From a virus, in IMG/VR virus record IMGVR_UViG_3300028800_000012, positions 1 to 64,000 of that record: DNA of 64,000 nucleotides. One strand, given 5' to 3'. Of the stretch, positions 53,550-62,129 are shown piece by piece (position 1 is the first letter of the stretch; the number at the start of each line of letters is the position of its first letter). The position numbers and the translations under genes were made by a program. The notes beneath the pieces are model-generated. The model was not told the origin of the DNA and did not search any database. It worked only from the letters and a program-made list of their open reading frames with translations.

Positions 53550-53941
53550 TGCTGAGGATTATCTTGCGGCGTGGTTTCTGCTGACAATTTAGCGGCGTGA
53601 GACAGGAATGCGGCGTCGACGGCCTTGATCGCGTGCACTTGCCACGGAGAGACAGGCAAGCCAGTGAGCCGCGACCATGCCTCTATTTCTGTGTAGGAGA
53701 TCGGCGCAGGTCCAAACCCGGTCCCGCCTCTTGCCTCGGACAGTTCGCAGAAGATTCCCCAGATGTGCCGCATATCGCGCGGCGGAGGTTCGGGGTGGAG
53801 ATCGGGAATTTCAATTCCCGTTTGTTCTTCTGCCGACAGAAGGTGTTCTCTGAGAGTCCCGCCAGTCGGCTGCGGGTCGGATAGCCTGAATTCCGCCTCG
53901 GCAAAGGCGACCAGTTCGGAAATCAGGCTTTCAAGAAATTT
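53546..53941 (-). CDS. T segment of the tail assembly chaperone, reached by a -1 frameshift from 53923..54324
   Basis: The -1 frame is open from the slippery site to 53546 (KFLESLISELVAFAEAEF...HIWGIFCELSEARGG...). It ends ATGA-coupled to the tape measure start. The track lists only its last 75 aa. Confidence 0.65.
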   Translation of the reverse strand, partial: KFLESLISELVAFAEAEFRLSDPQPTGGTLREHLLSAEEQTGIEIPDLHPEPPPRDMRHIWGIFCELSEARGGTGFGPAPISYTEIEAWSRLTGLPVSPWQVHAIKAVDAAFLSHAAKLSAETTPQDNPQQ

Positions 53942-54324
53942 GCCCGGTTAGCGATCCACGCATCGGCCTGTTCGCGCATCCACGGGAACCGGATATAGGC
54001 AGCCTTCGCAGAGGCCGAAGTGAACTCCGGTTTGTCTCCGTCGATGGTCACGTTCCATCCAGTCGTGGCGTCGACGACGAGATCGACACCATCGGAATCG
54101 ATGGCTTCCGCCGTGATCTTTGTCCCTGGCGCCGCCGTCTGAATGCGGCGATTGACGCGCGCGTTCTGCGCCGCCTTGAAGCGCGGCGAATCCCGACCCA
54201 AGAGTGTGAGTGTCATTGGCGATTTATCGTCGTTCTCCAGCGGCTCGCCCGTGCCGGGATGCCGTAGCTGCATGACAGAGCCTTCGTCGCATGCTTTCGA
54301 CGTATCGAGACTGGACAGGTCCAT
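53923..54324 (-). CDS. Tail assembly chaperone (gpG-like)
   Basis: 133 aa, between the major tail and tape measure genes. Confidence 0.65.
   Translation of the reverse strand: MDLSSLDTSKACDEGSVMQLRHPGTGEPLENDDKSPMTLTLLGRDSPRFKAAQNARVNRRIQTAAPGTKITAEAIDSDGVDLVVDATTGWNVTIDGDKPEFTSASAKAAYIRFPWMREQADAWIANRANFLKA
53935..53941 (-). promoter_or_regulatory. Slippery heptamer A AAT TTC (-1 programmed frameshift site)
   Basis: The minus strand reads GCA AAT TTC TTG AAA GCC TGA in the G frame. The X XXY YYZ heptamer sits four codons before the stop. Confidence 0.6.
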
Positions 54325-54384
54325 GATCGGCCTTTGTTGCTATTGCTTGGGTAAAGTGCGGCGGCAGTATTTCCGCCGCTAGAA

Positions 54385-55314
54385 CTAGAACCGCGTGACC
54401 TGCAGCGCAGACGACGGAGAACCGCTGGTCGGCTTGATCGCCTGAAACGGCAGCGTCACGATGCGAGACTGTGGGTTTTGCACAGGGGCGGAATTGCCCG
54501 ACAACTTCACCCGCGCCATCTGGAATTCAAGGCCGTGTCCCGCTGGGTCGGTGAGCGAGAATGACAGGCCGAATTCCGTCTCGTTCACATACCGGCTCAG
54601 CCACGTCGCGGAAATGCTCTGATCCAAGAACATCGTCACTTGGCCCGACACATCTCCCATGCCGTATTCGATGACTTGAGCCGATCTGTTGCCGAGCGTG
54701 TAGTTGGCCTTGGCGCCGTTATCGAGTGTGAAATCGACTCCGGTAATCATGGCCAACGCGGTGCCGGATTGCGCCGCGTCGTCATAGATCGACCCCGTGA
54801 GCGTATCGAACGGCTGGTTCGTGCCAGGGCCTGTCGGCGTGCCGCCCGACGTTGTACCCGATCCAGTCATGGTCGTGCCGAGTAATGAGAATGTCGATTG
54901 GACGATCTGCCCCGGCGCCATCTTGAAATTCCACTTGGACACCAGCATGTCGCGGTAGAGCCGATAGCGGCTCACGTCCAAGGCGCCATCTTCCAATGAC
55001 AGATAGGTCGGCGTCGTACCTATGGTGATAACGTTTGTCGCCCAAGCGCCGAACAGCGCCGATTGGATGAAGTCATCGAAATCCGTATAGGCGAGTTCGA
55101 CGACGACATCGCCTTCCGCATGCCGCGTGGTGTGACGGAAATCCGATACTTCGCGATCCGAGCGGATTGTCGCGCTCTTGATCGTGTCGGTTTTGTAATC
55201 GAGGCTATGCGAGACGAATTTCGTCTTGACATAATTGCCGGTCGCGGCGGTGCCGAAGGCAGTCTGTGCTTTCTCCAGCAGTTGCGAACGAATGCCTTGG
55301 GCATACGTGGCCAT
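54385..55314 (-). CDS. Major tail (tube) protein
   Basis: 309 aa. Position upstream of the chaperones and beta-rich composition. Confidence 0.6.
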   Translation of the reverse strand: MATYAQGIRSQLLEKAQTAFGTAATGNYVKTKFVSHSLDYKTDTIKSATIRSDREVSDFRHTTRHAEGDVVVELAYTDFDDFIQSALFGAWATNVITIGTTPTYLSLEDGALDVSRYRLYRDMLVSKWNFKMAPGQIVQSTFSLLGTTMTGSGTTSGGTPTGPGTNQPFDTLTGSIYDDAAQSGTALAMITGVDFTLDNGAKANYTLGNRSAQVIEYGMGDVSGQVTMFLDQSISATWLSRYVNETEFGLSFSLTDPAGHGLEFQMARVKLSGNSAPVQNPQSRIVTLPFQAIKPTSGSPSSALQVTRF

Positions 55315-55408
55315 GTTTAAATCGCTCCGTCTAAGTCGGGGAATGCGTCGCCGTCACGGCGATGCGGGGCGCGCTTGCGAGGCTGCGCTTTTGGGTGATC
55401 GGCCGCGG

Positions 55409-55882
55409 TTAAAGAGCGCCGAGGTATTGAGAGCCGCGCGGATGGTTGAACGCGATGCGCAGTAATGGCGTGGTGCTTGTTCGTGTCGTCCACGCCACAG
55501 TCACGGGCACCATGACCCAATCTGGGTGTGCTTGGGCGGGCGCGCGTTCCGCATAGCGCACGCGGACGACAGTTTCATTTTGCGTCACAACCTGCCCCGG
55601 CGGGAATTTTGCTCGAACTGCGTCGGCGGCGGATTCGGCTAGTCCTGTTCCCGACCCGGATGGGAAGAACAGACTGGCTTGGAATAAACCTTGCCGGATC
55701 GTATCGCCGTATTGACCGAGAGTGCGCGGACGTTCCGCTGTCGGCACCAGCGCATAAGCAACATAGGCGGTGCCGACGACAGGCGTGTAGGGAACGCCCT
55801 CATAGGCCTTGTCGCCCGGCAGTCCTGCCGCTGTATTCGCCTGCACGGTCAGAGCGCCACGGATATCCTGAAAGACGCTCAC
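55409..55882 (-). CDS. Tail terminator/completion protein (DUF4128-like), paralog 1
   Basis: About half identical by eye to 55901..56314 (FQDIRGAL...AYEGVPYTP...PSGSGTG...YAERAPAQ..PDW). Extra C-terminal tail ending FNHPRGSQYLGAL. Confidence 0.55.
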   Translation of the reverse strand: MSVFQDIRGALTVQANTAAGLPGDKAYEGVPYTPVVGTAYVAYALVPTAERPRTLGQYGDTIRQGLFQASLFFPSGSGTGLAESAADAVRAKFPPGQVVTQNETVVRVRYAERAPAQAHPDWVMVPVTVAWTTRTSTTPLLRIAFNHPRGSQYLGAL

Positions 55883-55900
55883 CCGTACCGCCCGATTACA

Positions 55901-56314
55901 TTACAATGCGTTGTGCAAATTCCATCCAACCGAGACTGGAACGGTGATCCAGTCTGGGGTTATCTGTGCCGGCCTGCGCTCGGCATACTCGATGCGCACC
56001 GATGTTTGCCCCTGTGTCACAACATCCCCGGGAACAAACTGGTCTTTGACAGAATCGGCGGCCTGCTCGGCTTGCCCTGTTCCTGAATCGGATGGGAACC
56101 ACAAAGTGATATGAAATTCACCTTGCAGGAGCGTCACAGTCCCGCCGAACGTAACCGGCCGCTCTTGTTCCGGCAGAAGCGAGTAGACGGCATAAGCTAT
56201 TCCGACATTCGGCGTGATCGGCACGCCTTCATAGGCGTGTACCGCCGGCATTCCGGACGCTGCATTAGCTCGCGTCGTTAAGGCCCCGCGAATATCTTGG
56301 AATAGAGTCGTCAC
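55901..56314 (-). CDS. Tail terminator/completion protein (DUF4128-like), paralog 2
   Basis: Tandem paralog of 55409..55882. Confidence 0.55.
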   Translation of the reverse strand: MTTLFQDIRGALTTRANAASGMPAVHAYEGVPITPNVGIAYAVYSLLPEQERPVTFGGTVTLLQGEFHITLWFPSDSGTGQAEQAADSVKDQFVPGDVVTQGQTSVRIEYAERRPAQITPDWITVPVSVGWNLHNAL

Positions 56315-56760
56315 AATGCGGCGACTCTTTGCGCGGTTTCTTCGGCAATGCTTGCGGCACGATCAAGCGTCGATCTAACGAATGAACGCGGGGCCTGATT
56401 GTATTTGCGGCCGAGCGCATCGGTGCCGACAAAACCGAATTCAACCCGCATGGCATAAGTGGCGCCGTTATTCATGTAGAACATGTCGCCGAGTTTGAAT
56501 TCTGCCCCACCAACGAAGCCAAGCGACGCCGCTAAAGCTCCACCGCTTTTCGGACTAGACGGACCTGACACTACATCCTGCGCATTGATCGATGCGTACC
56601 ATGACGCCCGCAGAAACCCCGTCTTGACCGGCGTCGCTTCAATCACCTGTTCGCCGATATCCTGCACGAATTCGGACGCGAACAGTTGCGCCCGGCCCTT
56701 GGCCTTCTGCACAAAGGCGTCGATGTTGACGGTGAATTCCTTGGTGTCGGCGGTAAACAT
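56311..56760 (-). CDS. HK97 gp10-like head-tail joining protein
   Basis: ATPVKTGFLRASW is the signature motif of the HK97 gp10 family. Confidence 0.7.
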   Translation of the reverse strand: MFTADTKEFTVNIDAFVQKAKGRAQLFASEFVQDIGEQVIEATPVKTGFLRASWYASINAQDVVSGPSSPKSGGALAASLGFVGGAEFKLGDMFYMNNGATYAMRVEFGFVGTDALGRKYNQAPRSFVRSTLDRAASIAEETAQRVAAL

Positions 56761-57122
56761 TACTTGCGCACCTGCAGCGTGTAACTGCCGATGATGCCGC
56801 CGATCTCGCGCGTCTTGAAATTGACAACCGTGTAGACATCCGACCCGACGACAAGACGGTCACCCACCTGCGGGGTGACGCTAGTATCGGTCGGGAGAAA
56901 CGTTGCCTTGCGGTCGGATTCCTTGATGACGGTGCCGTCCTGCGCAACATCGGAATAATCGCCGAGCCGTCCAGTGCCGGGGTAGTCGGTCGTCGTGTCG
57001 CCGGTTGTCGTGCCTGTGGTTGGGTCATACGTGCCGGCAACAATGCGCCGCAGCGTCATTGCCCGGCCCATGTCGCCGAGAAACCCGACGACACTCGCCT
57101 GGAATTGATTGCCGACCGTCAT
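56760..57122 (-). CDS. Head-tail adaptor / head closure protein
   Basis: 120 aa, position in the connector block. Contains a Thr-rich loop DPTTGTTTGDTTTDYPGTG. Confidence 0.5.
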   Translation of the reverse strand: MTVGNQFQASVVGFLGDMGRAMTLRRIVAGTYDPTTGTTTGDTTTDYPGTGRLGDYSDVAQDGTVIKESDRKATFLPTDTSVTPQVGDRLVVGSDVYTVVNFKTREIGGIIGSYTLQVRK

Positions 57123-57580
57123 CAGCTCGTCGCGTCGTCGATGAAGTCGCGGCTATACGGCAGCGCAGTACCGGGGAAATCCATCTGGCCGACCTCGAAG
57201 CGATTCGGCTCGCGATCCGTATCCTGCCGCTCCGTATCCATATCGGCTTTGCTGGTGCCGCCGACGAACGGCGACCCAAGCCCGCCGCTGTCCGCCGTGA
57301 CCGCCTGTGTTCGCAGCCGAGTCGCCAGTGCGCGGAACATATCGGCGCGCTGGTTGTATTGCACGCTGGCGCCGTCGATCGACATCGCCGCAAAGCGGGA
57401 ATACTTCGCCGCCTGTGCATCGGCGAGTGCTGCCGCTGTCTGCAACGGCGATCCATAGATGCCGAGCGCGCCGGAAATTTCTTCGTCTGAGAACAGCGGG
57501 TCTGACGTGGTTGTATCGCCGAGTGCCAAGCGGACTTTCGCAAGATCGTTCGCCAAAGATGTGTCGTAAGTAAACGTCAC
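57122..57580 (-). CDS. Head-tail connector protein
   Basis: 152 aa. N-terminal LAKVRLALGDT is typical of gp6-like connectors. Confidence 0.5.
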   Translation of the reverse strand: MTFTYDTSLANDLAKVRLALGDTTTSDPLFSDEEISGALGIYGSPLQTAAALADAQAAKYSRFAAMSIDGASVQYNQRADMFRALATRLRTQAVTADSGGLGSPFVGGTSKADMDTERQDTDREPNRFEVGQMDFPGTALPYSRDFIDDATS

Positions 57581-58377
57581 TTTCCGTCCACCATTTCACG
57601 CACAACACGAAGATATTTGAACGCCAACCCCATATTCATTTCGGCGAGCGTGAACTGCTGTTGGACTAATGAAGCCCACCATTGACGCCTGTTGCCGGGC
57701 ATCTCCGGTTTTTCCAGATCGGCGAGATCGAGATTCCCGACCGGCGCCGCCGCAGACGTTGGCTCGACAAACACAGGGACGCCCTCTTTTGCGGCTTCTA
57801 CCGCCGCATTGCTCGAATGCGTCACCAAGGCCCAACAACCCCGCAATTGCTCGCGTAACGGCCGGGTTTCTTCCTTGGTCCGGATAATGATCGGCCGGTC
57901 TGTGTGCTGCCGCACAAGCCCTTGGATTTTACAGGCCCAAGGGATGACCTTGATCCCCATTGCACGGCCGTAATGCACGCTCGGCAACGCTATGAGAACG
58001 TGCTTTCCCGTCGTTCTCCACGGCTTGATCTCGCGGATGCACATCGCCTCCGCGCGCTCGTAATCCGGCTTATCGAACATGACGGGAGTCATGCCGCGAT
58101 AAGTGAACCTGTAGTAACCGAACGGGCCGCCCTTAGCCGGCCGCCAATAACCGTTGTCAATATGCCAGAACGGACGATCTGCTCTTATTGCCTGCGGGAT
58201 AGCATCAAGCGCCGTCCAAAGCTGGCCCCATATTGCAAATGGAGCGCCGTCATTCGGCGGCATTCCTGCGACCAGCGCCGCCTTCTCTCCCCACCCCGGC
58301 GCTAGTGACGCCATGATGCGGGTTGTCTTTATTCTCCGCTCAGGCTCGACTACGCACCATAGGCGAACGTCGCTCAT
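57577..58377 (-). CDS. Putative glycosyltransferase (GT-B-like)
   Basis: HVLIALPS...THSSNAAVEAAKEGVPVFV resembles the nucleotide-sugar-binding half of GT-B / capsule-type transferases. ATGA-coupled to the connector gene. Confidence 0.4.
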   Translation of the reverse strand: MSDVRLWCVVEPERRIKTTRIMASLAPGWGEKAALVAGMPPNDGAPFAIWGQLWTALDAIPQAIRADRPFWHIDNGYWRPAKGGPFGYYRFTYRGMTPVMFDKPDYERAEAMCIREIKPWRTTGKHVLIALPSVHYGRAMGIKVIPWACKIQGLVRQHTDRPIIIRTKEETRPLREQLRGCWALVTHSSNAAVEAAKEGVPVFVEPTSAAAPVGNLDLADLEKPEMPGNRRQWWASLVQQQFTLAEMNMGLAFKYLRVVREMVDGK

Positions 58378-58389
58378 GGCGCGGCACTC

Positions 58390-59031
58390 CTACCAACTCA
58401 GGATATAATCACCGGCGATGACCTTCCGGACTTGCGCGCCCCATGAGCACAGCAATTCAACGGCATCGGTATCTCCGATGCCGAACTGCTTACCCTTGCC
58501 GATCTTCTGCTCGACAATCATGGCCGGACGATACTTGCGGATGGTCTGCGCGCCGCCTTTGCAAACAAACAGTTCGAACCCTTCGCAATCGATTTTTACG
58601 AGGTCAACATTGGCGAGTTCGAACGAATCCAGAGTCTTCATCTTCGCCAGATGCTCACCGTGCGCGGCAATCCATGTATCGCCCGATGAACTCTCGCCAG
58701 TATGCAGCGAAACGGATGCCCCGTGATCGCCGAGCGCAAACGGCCAAATATCGCAATTGTCTGTTTTGATATTCGCGTACCAGCATTCGCGGTGCCGCTC
58801 GACCGGCTCGAATGCCGTGACGTGCCGGAACATGACGGACAGAGGCCGCGTCCACAGTCCCGTATGCGCCCCGATATCGACTGCATGGCGGAAGTTCTTC
58901 ACATACGGTAGCGCCGCCATCAGTTTGTGCAATTGATAACTGGGACCGCCGGCAAATTCAGGCCCGTTCTCCAGAAATGCATCCAAGTGCGATTCACCGT
59001 CAGGGAGAAAGAAGCCATTAACTTGCTTCAA
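58390..59031 (-). CDS. FkbM-family methyltransferase
   Basis: SAM motif AVDIGAHTG and the family motif VKIDCEGFE. Confidence 0.75.
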   Translation of the reverse strand: MKQVNGFFLPDGESHLDAFLENGPEFAGGPSYQLHKLMAALPYVKNFRHAVDIGAHTGLWTRPLSVMFRHVTAFEPVERHRECWYANIKTDNCDIWPFALGDHGASVSLHTGESSSGDTWIAAHGEHLAKMKTLDSFELANVDLVKIDCEGFELFVCKGGAQTIRKYRPAMIVEQKIGKGKQFGIGDTDAVELLCSWGAQVRKVIAGDYILSW

Positions 59032-59810
59032 GCAAGCCTCACTTTCGCCGCGTCATAGACCTCATCGGCCCCGATCCGCGCCATGCAGTCTCGACAATGG
59101 TCGCAAGGAGCAAGATTCCCGCAACCCAGATCATCGCCGGTAAACATGTTCGTATGCACGTCGTAGCCTGTTACGCGCGGCGAAATAAACCCGCCGAAGA
59201 TCACCACCGCAGCGATACCAAGCGCCGCCGCTGCATGATGCAGCCCGCCTTCTGGTCCGACATACAATTGCGCCCGCTCAAGCGACGCGCATGCGAGCCG
59301 GAATGTAGCGGCCTTGATTGTTCTGACACCGGCTAGCCGATGCGGCCCCGTGTCGAACTGCGCCACGTCGTGCCCGTCCATCGCCAACTGATCGGCGACT
59401 TCCTGATACCTGTTGACCGGCCACTGCTTATTCGGCGCCGAATGCTTGGTGTTCGGCTCGATGATGACGTCGGCATCGCCGAACGACTTCGCCCATTCCC
59501 GCTCGGCGTCGGTCAGATAGAGTTCGCCGGGGATAGCCTTGAAGCCTGGATTAAATATCCATCGATCGCCATCGATCCGGCAGTAAGCCCGCGCGCCGGG
59601 CGCATGGATGATCCAGTCTATCGATTCGCCGGTATCCTCCGCGCCGGGAGGCGCGACGTTCGGATTGCCGCGGTAGATGTCATGGGCATTGCGGTGCCAG
59701 ATGATGCGGCGGCAATTAACGTCACTGAAGGCGACGCGCTTGCCGTGCTTGGCTGCGCCTTTGGCAAGGCCGGAGCCAAGGATCTCGTCGCCGAAGCCCG
59801 TGACACGACC
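59028..59810 (-). CDS. GT9 (heptosyltransferase-like) glycosyltransferase with no canonical start codon
   Basis: My translation is open for 260 codons: TGFGDEILGSGLAKG...NKQWPVNRYQEVADQL...LYVGPEGGLHHAAAALGIAAVVIFGG. The first ATG/GTG/TTG is codon 142. It is in frame with the upstream gene across a single TGA. Confidence 0.55.
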   Translation of the reverse strand, partial: GRVTGFGDEILGSGLAKGAAKHGKRVAFSDVNCRRIIWHRNAHDIYRGNPNVAPPGAEDTGESIDWIIHAPGARAYCRIDGDRWIFNPGFKAIPGELYLTDAEREWAKSFGDADVIIEPNTKHSAPNKQWPVNRYQEVADQLAMDGHDVAQFDTGPHRLAGVRTIKAATFRLACASLERAQLYVGPEGGLHHAAAALGIAAVVIFGGFISPRVTGYDVHTNMFTGDDLGCGNLAPCDHCRDCMARIGADEVYDAAKVRLA

Positions 59811-60761
59811 TCAATTATAGGCGACGCATTGTTCGCATGGCGTTCCGCGCACATCCTTTTTCAGATGCGCCGCACGCAATGCCGTGAATGCCGCCGAATT
59901 CCACGCATCCATAAACGGCTGCTTAGTCAGATCGCCCATCGCCCATGATTTATTCGCGTCGAAGCAGCAGGCGGATAGCTTCCCGTCGGCCGTGACATGG
60001 CCTTCCGTGAAAGCTGACCAGCAAGGCAATGGCTCTCTTAACGCCCCGAGCCTGCCTTGATTGCCGGCGGTCGGCCGGTATCCGAGTTCTTCTTCCCGCG
60101 CCGTCGCAAATGCACCCATCGAGTACAAGGGCAGCCAGTAATGCTCGTCCACATACGGCACGACATGCTCGGCCAGGAGATTTTCCATCTTGGCCTGTTG
60201 CTCGCCGTCATACCGGATCGAAGACGCATAGAGTCCGGTCGGATACCCCCTCGCCTCGCGCAATTCCCATGCGGCTTTGATATTGCTCAGTGCGATCGGA
60301 TACAGCCGGCGGTCAACCGCCATGACGTGTTCGAACTGGTCTTCATCCGCCGCATTTACCGACCATTTGATCGAGTCGATGCCGGCGCGCATGAGTTCGT
60401 CGACCCAGCGCGGCTTTGCCAGTGACGCATTCGACGTGAGGAATACATACGGCATCCCCACGTCCTGCTTGAGGTATTCGACGCAGGCGACAAGCAGTTT
60501 GGGATTCATCATGCTTTCGCCGAGGAAGAAGCACCCGACCTCCTCGACGCCGGCATCGCGCATTTCGCGTGTGATTCGCTTGAAAAACTCGAAATCCATG
60601 TCGGACTTCGGCTGTTCCTCGCGCGTCCGTAGAGCGCAGAAGCCGCAGCGATAGTTACATCGCGGCGATATTTCGATCTTGACCGAGCGCGGCGCGGGAC
60701 ATTCGGCCTTGAGATATGCCGGGGGAATTTTTGTGACGGCATCGATGCGTTCGGTAATCAT
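59811..60761 (-). CDS. Radical SAM protein with a C-terminal Cys cluster
   Basis: CNYRCGFC (CxxxCxxC) and a C-terminal CW...CC...CEQC cluster. Start set at the ATGA-coupled ATG (MITERIDAVTK). Confidence 0.75.
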   Translation of the reverse strand: MITERIDAVTKIPPAYLKAECPAPRSVKIEISPRCNYRCGFCALRTREEQPKSDMDFEFFKRITREMRDAGVEEVGCFFLGESMMNPKLLVACVEYLKQDVGMPYVFLTSNASLAKPRWVDELMRAGIDSIKWSVNAADEDQFEHVMAVDRRLYPIALSNIKAAWELREARGYPTGLYASSIRYDGEQQAKMENLLAEHVVPYVDEHYWLPLYSMGAFATAREEELGYRPTAGNQGRLGALREPLPCWSAFTEGHVTADGKLSACCFDANKSWAMGDLTKQPFMDAWNSAAFTALRAAHLKKDVRGTPCEQCVAYN

Positions 60762-61498
60762 CGCGCCGCCCACTCCGCCAATGTTGAACGCCATTCATCG
60801 GCGAATGGAACGTCCTCGTATCCCGCCATGCAGGGAGAACCCAACGTATGGTGCACGACCTTCGGGCTTTCGATCGGCTCGCTTTCGCCGGCCAGCCAAT
60901 TCCATTCCGGAGCGAGTTCGCCGATTTGGTCGTCTTTCAGCCAGCAGAGCCGATGCAGATCGCGGCCGGGAAGCGTATTGACGAGTTCGGGCGTGAGCGC
61001 CTTGTTTGCCGTTCGGTCGCAATCAAAAACGACCAAGCTGCTCCAGTTTTTGCGGGCGTATTTGGTCTGCGCCTGCCCGTCCATTTTGACGGTTGAATGC
61101 GGCTCATGCTGATGCTTGACGCACCATGCGGCCTTTGGGCTTTCCTGCCGCTCGATCCATTGGAACAGGCGGCACAGGTTTTCCCTGACCAGCATGTCGC
61201 AGTCCATGAACAGCGCCAGCCCATGACCGGCGAGATGCGGAACAAGAAAGCGAGATATCGAGAACTGCGTCGAGCAAGGAGCGCCGCTGATCTCGTCCCA
61301 CAACTGCCACTGACCTTCGCTGTTCAAGCGCCGGTCGGTGGGTCGGCGGTAGAGCCCCCGCTTTTTCAAATCATCCAGCACCAGGCCATACACCGGCACC
61401 GGAAGCGTCAGTCTCTTGTTGATCGAGTGGCGGGCTACAGCGAACGCGGCGGCTTCACGCGGATCGAAGCCGATCCAGATACTCCAAGCCCTGCTCAA
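60758..61498 (-). CDS. GT8-like (GT-A, DxD) glycosyltransferase
   Basis: IWIGFDPRE N-terminus, FSISRFLVP, and the DxD motif in LFMDCDMLV. Confidence 0.6.
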   Translation of the reverse strand: MSRAWSIWIGFDPREAAAFAVARHSINKRLTLPVPVYGLVLDDLKKRGLYRRPTDRRLNSEGQWQLWDEISGAPCSTQFSISRFLVPHLAGHGLALFMDCDMLVRENLCRLFQWIERQESPKAAWCVKHQHEPHSTVKMDGQAQTKYARKNWSSLVVFDCDRTANKALTPELVNTLPGRDLHRLCWLKDDQIGELAPEWNWLAGESEPIESPKVVHHTLGSPCMAGYEDVPFADEWRSTLAEWAAR

Positions 61499-62129
61499 TC
61501 GTCACCTTTGGAAAAGCGTCAACGGTCGATATCGGCGAGGCATTCAAAACCTCGACGCCGCTGCGTTTGAGTTGGGGGAGACAGGCGTTGAAATTGTCGC
61601 CCCAGTTTTTCCAGTACCGGGCGTTTTGTCCCGCCGAGTACCAGTAGTAGTTTTCTAATTTGTAGTGATGCCCGCCCTGCTCGGTGTAATCGAAGCCGAA
61701 CAGAACGATACGCTTTGCGCCTTTGAGATAGGCGAGATTGACAGCGCCGAACCCGGAATTGCCGCCGCTTTGAATGACGGCGGGGTCATCGCTTAAGCCC
61801 TCGAAACGGGAGAGCCGAAGATACTTCGCCCGCTCGATCAGCGGACATTCAAGCGGAAACTCGTATTCCTGCCCGGTCGGAGCGAGGAAGATTTCCGCCC
61901 GGCACTCATGCCGCAATTTGTCGGCCTGCCGGCATATCCACCGCCGGTCCAATGCGAACACCGCATCGGCAAACGGCATTTCCCACACCGCTTCCTTGAC
62001 GGCGAGAACGCGAATGCCGGGAATGTGGAAGCGGCGGAAGTCGATATCTTTGAGGCTCGGACCCGTGCCGACGATTGCCAGCGGTTTGTCCGACCAATCC
62101 GGGTCGCCGATGCTCGTAAACGGCAGCAT
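61455..62129 (-). CDS. DUF115 / Maf-like glycosyltransferase
   Basis: Start moved to MLPFTSIGDP. IVGTGPSL and GGNSGFGAVNLAYLKGAKRIVLFGFD match the DUF115 (MptE/Maf-like) pattern. Confidence 0.6.
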   Translation of the reverse strand: MLPFTSIGDPDWSDKPLAIVGTGPSLKDIDFRRFHIPGIRVLAVKEAVWEMPFADAVFALDRRWICRQADKLRHECRAEIFLAPTGQEYEFPLECPLIERAKYLRLSRFEGLSDDPAVIQSGGNSGFGAVNLAYLKGAKRIVLFGFDYTEQGGHHYKLENYYWYSAGQNARYWKNWGDNFNACLPQLKRSGVEVLNASPISTVDAFPKVTIEQGLEYLDRLRSA

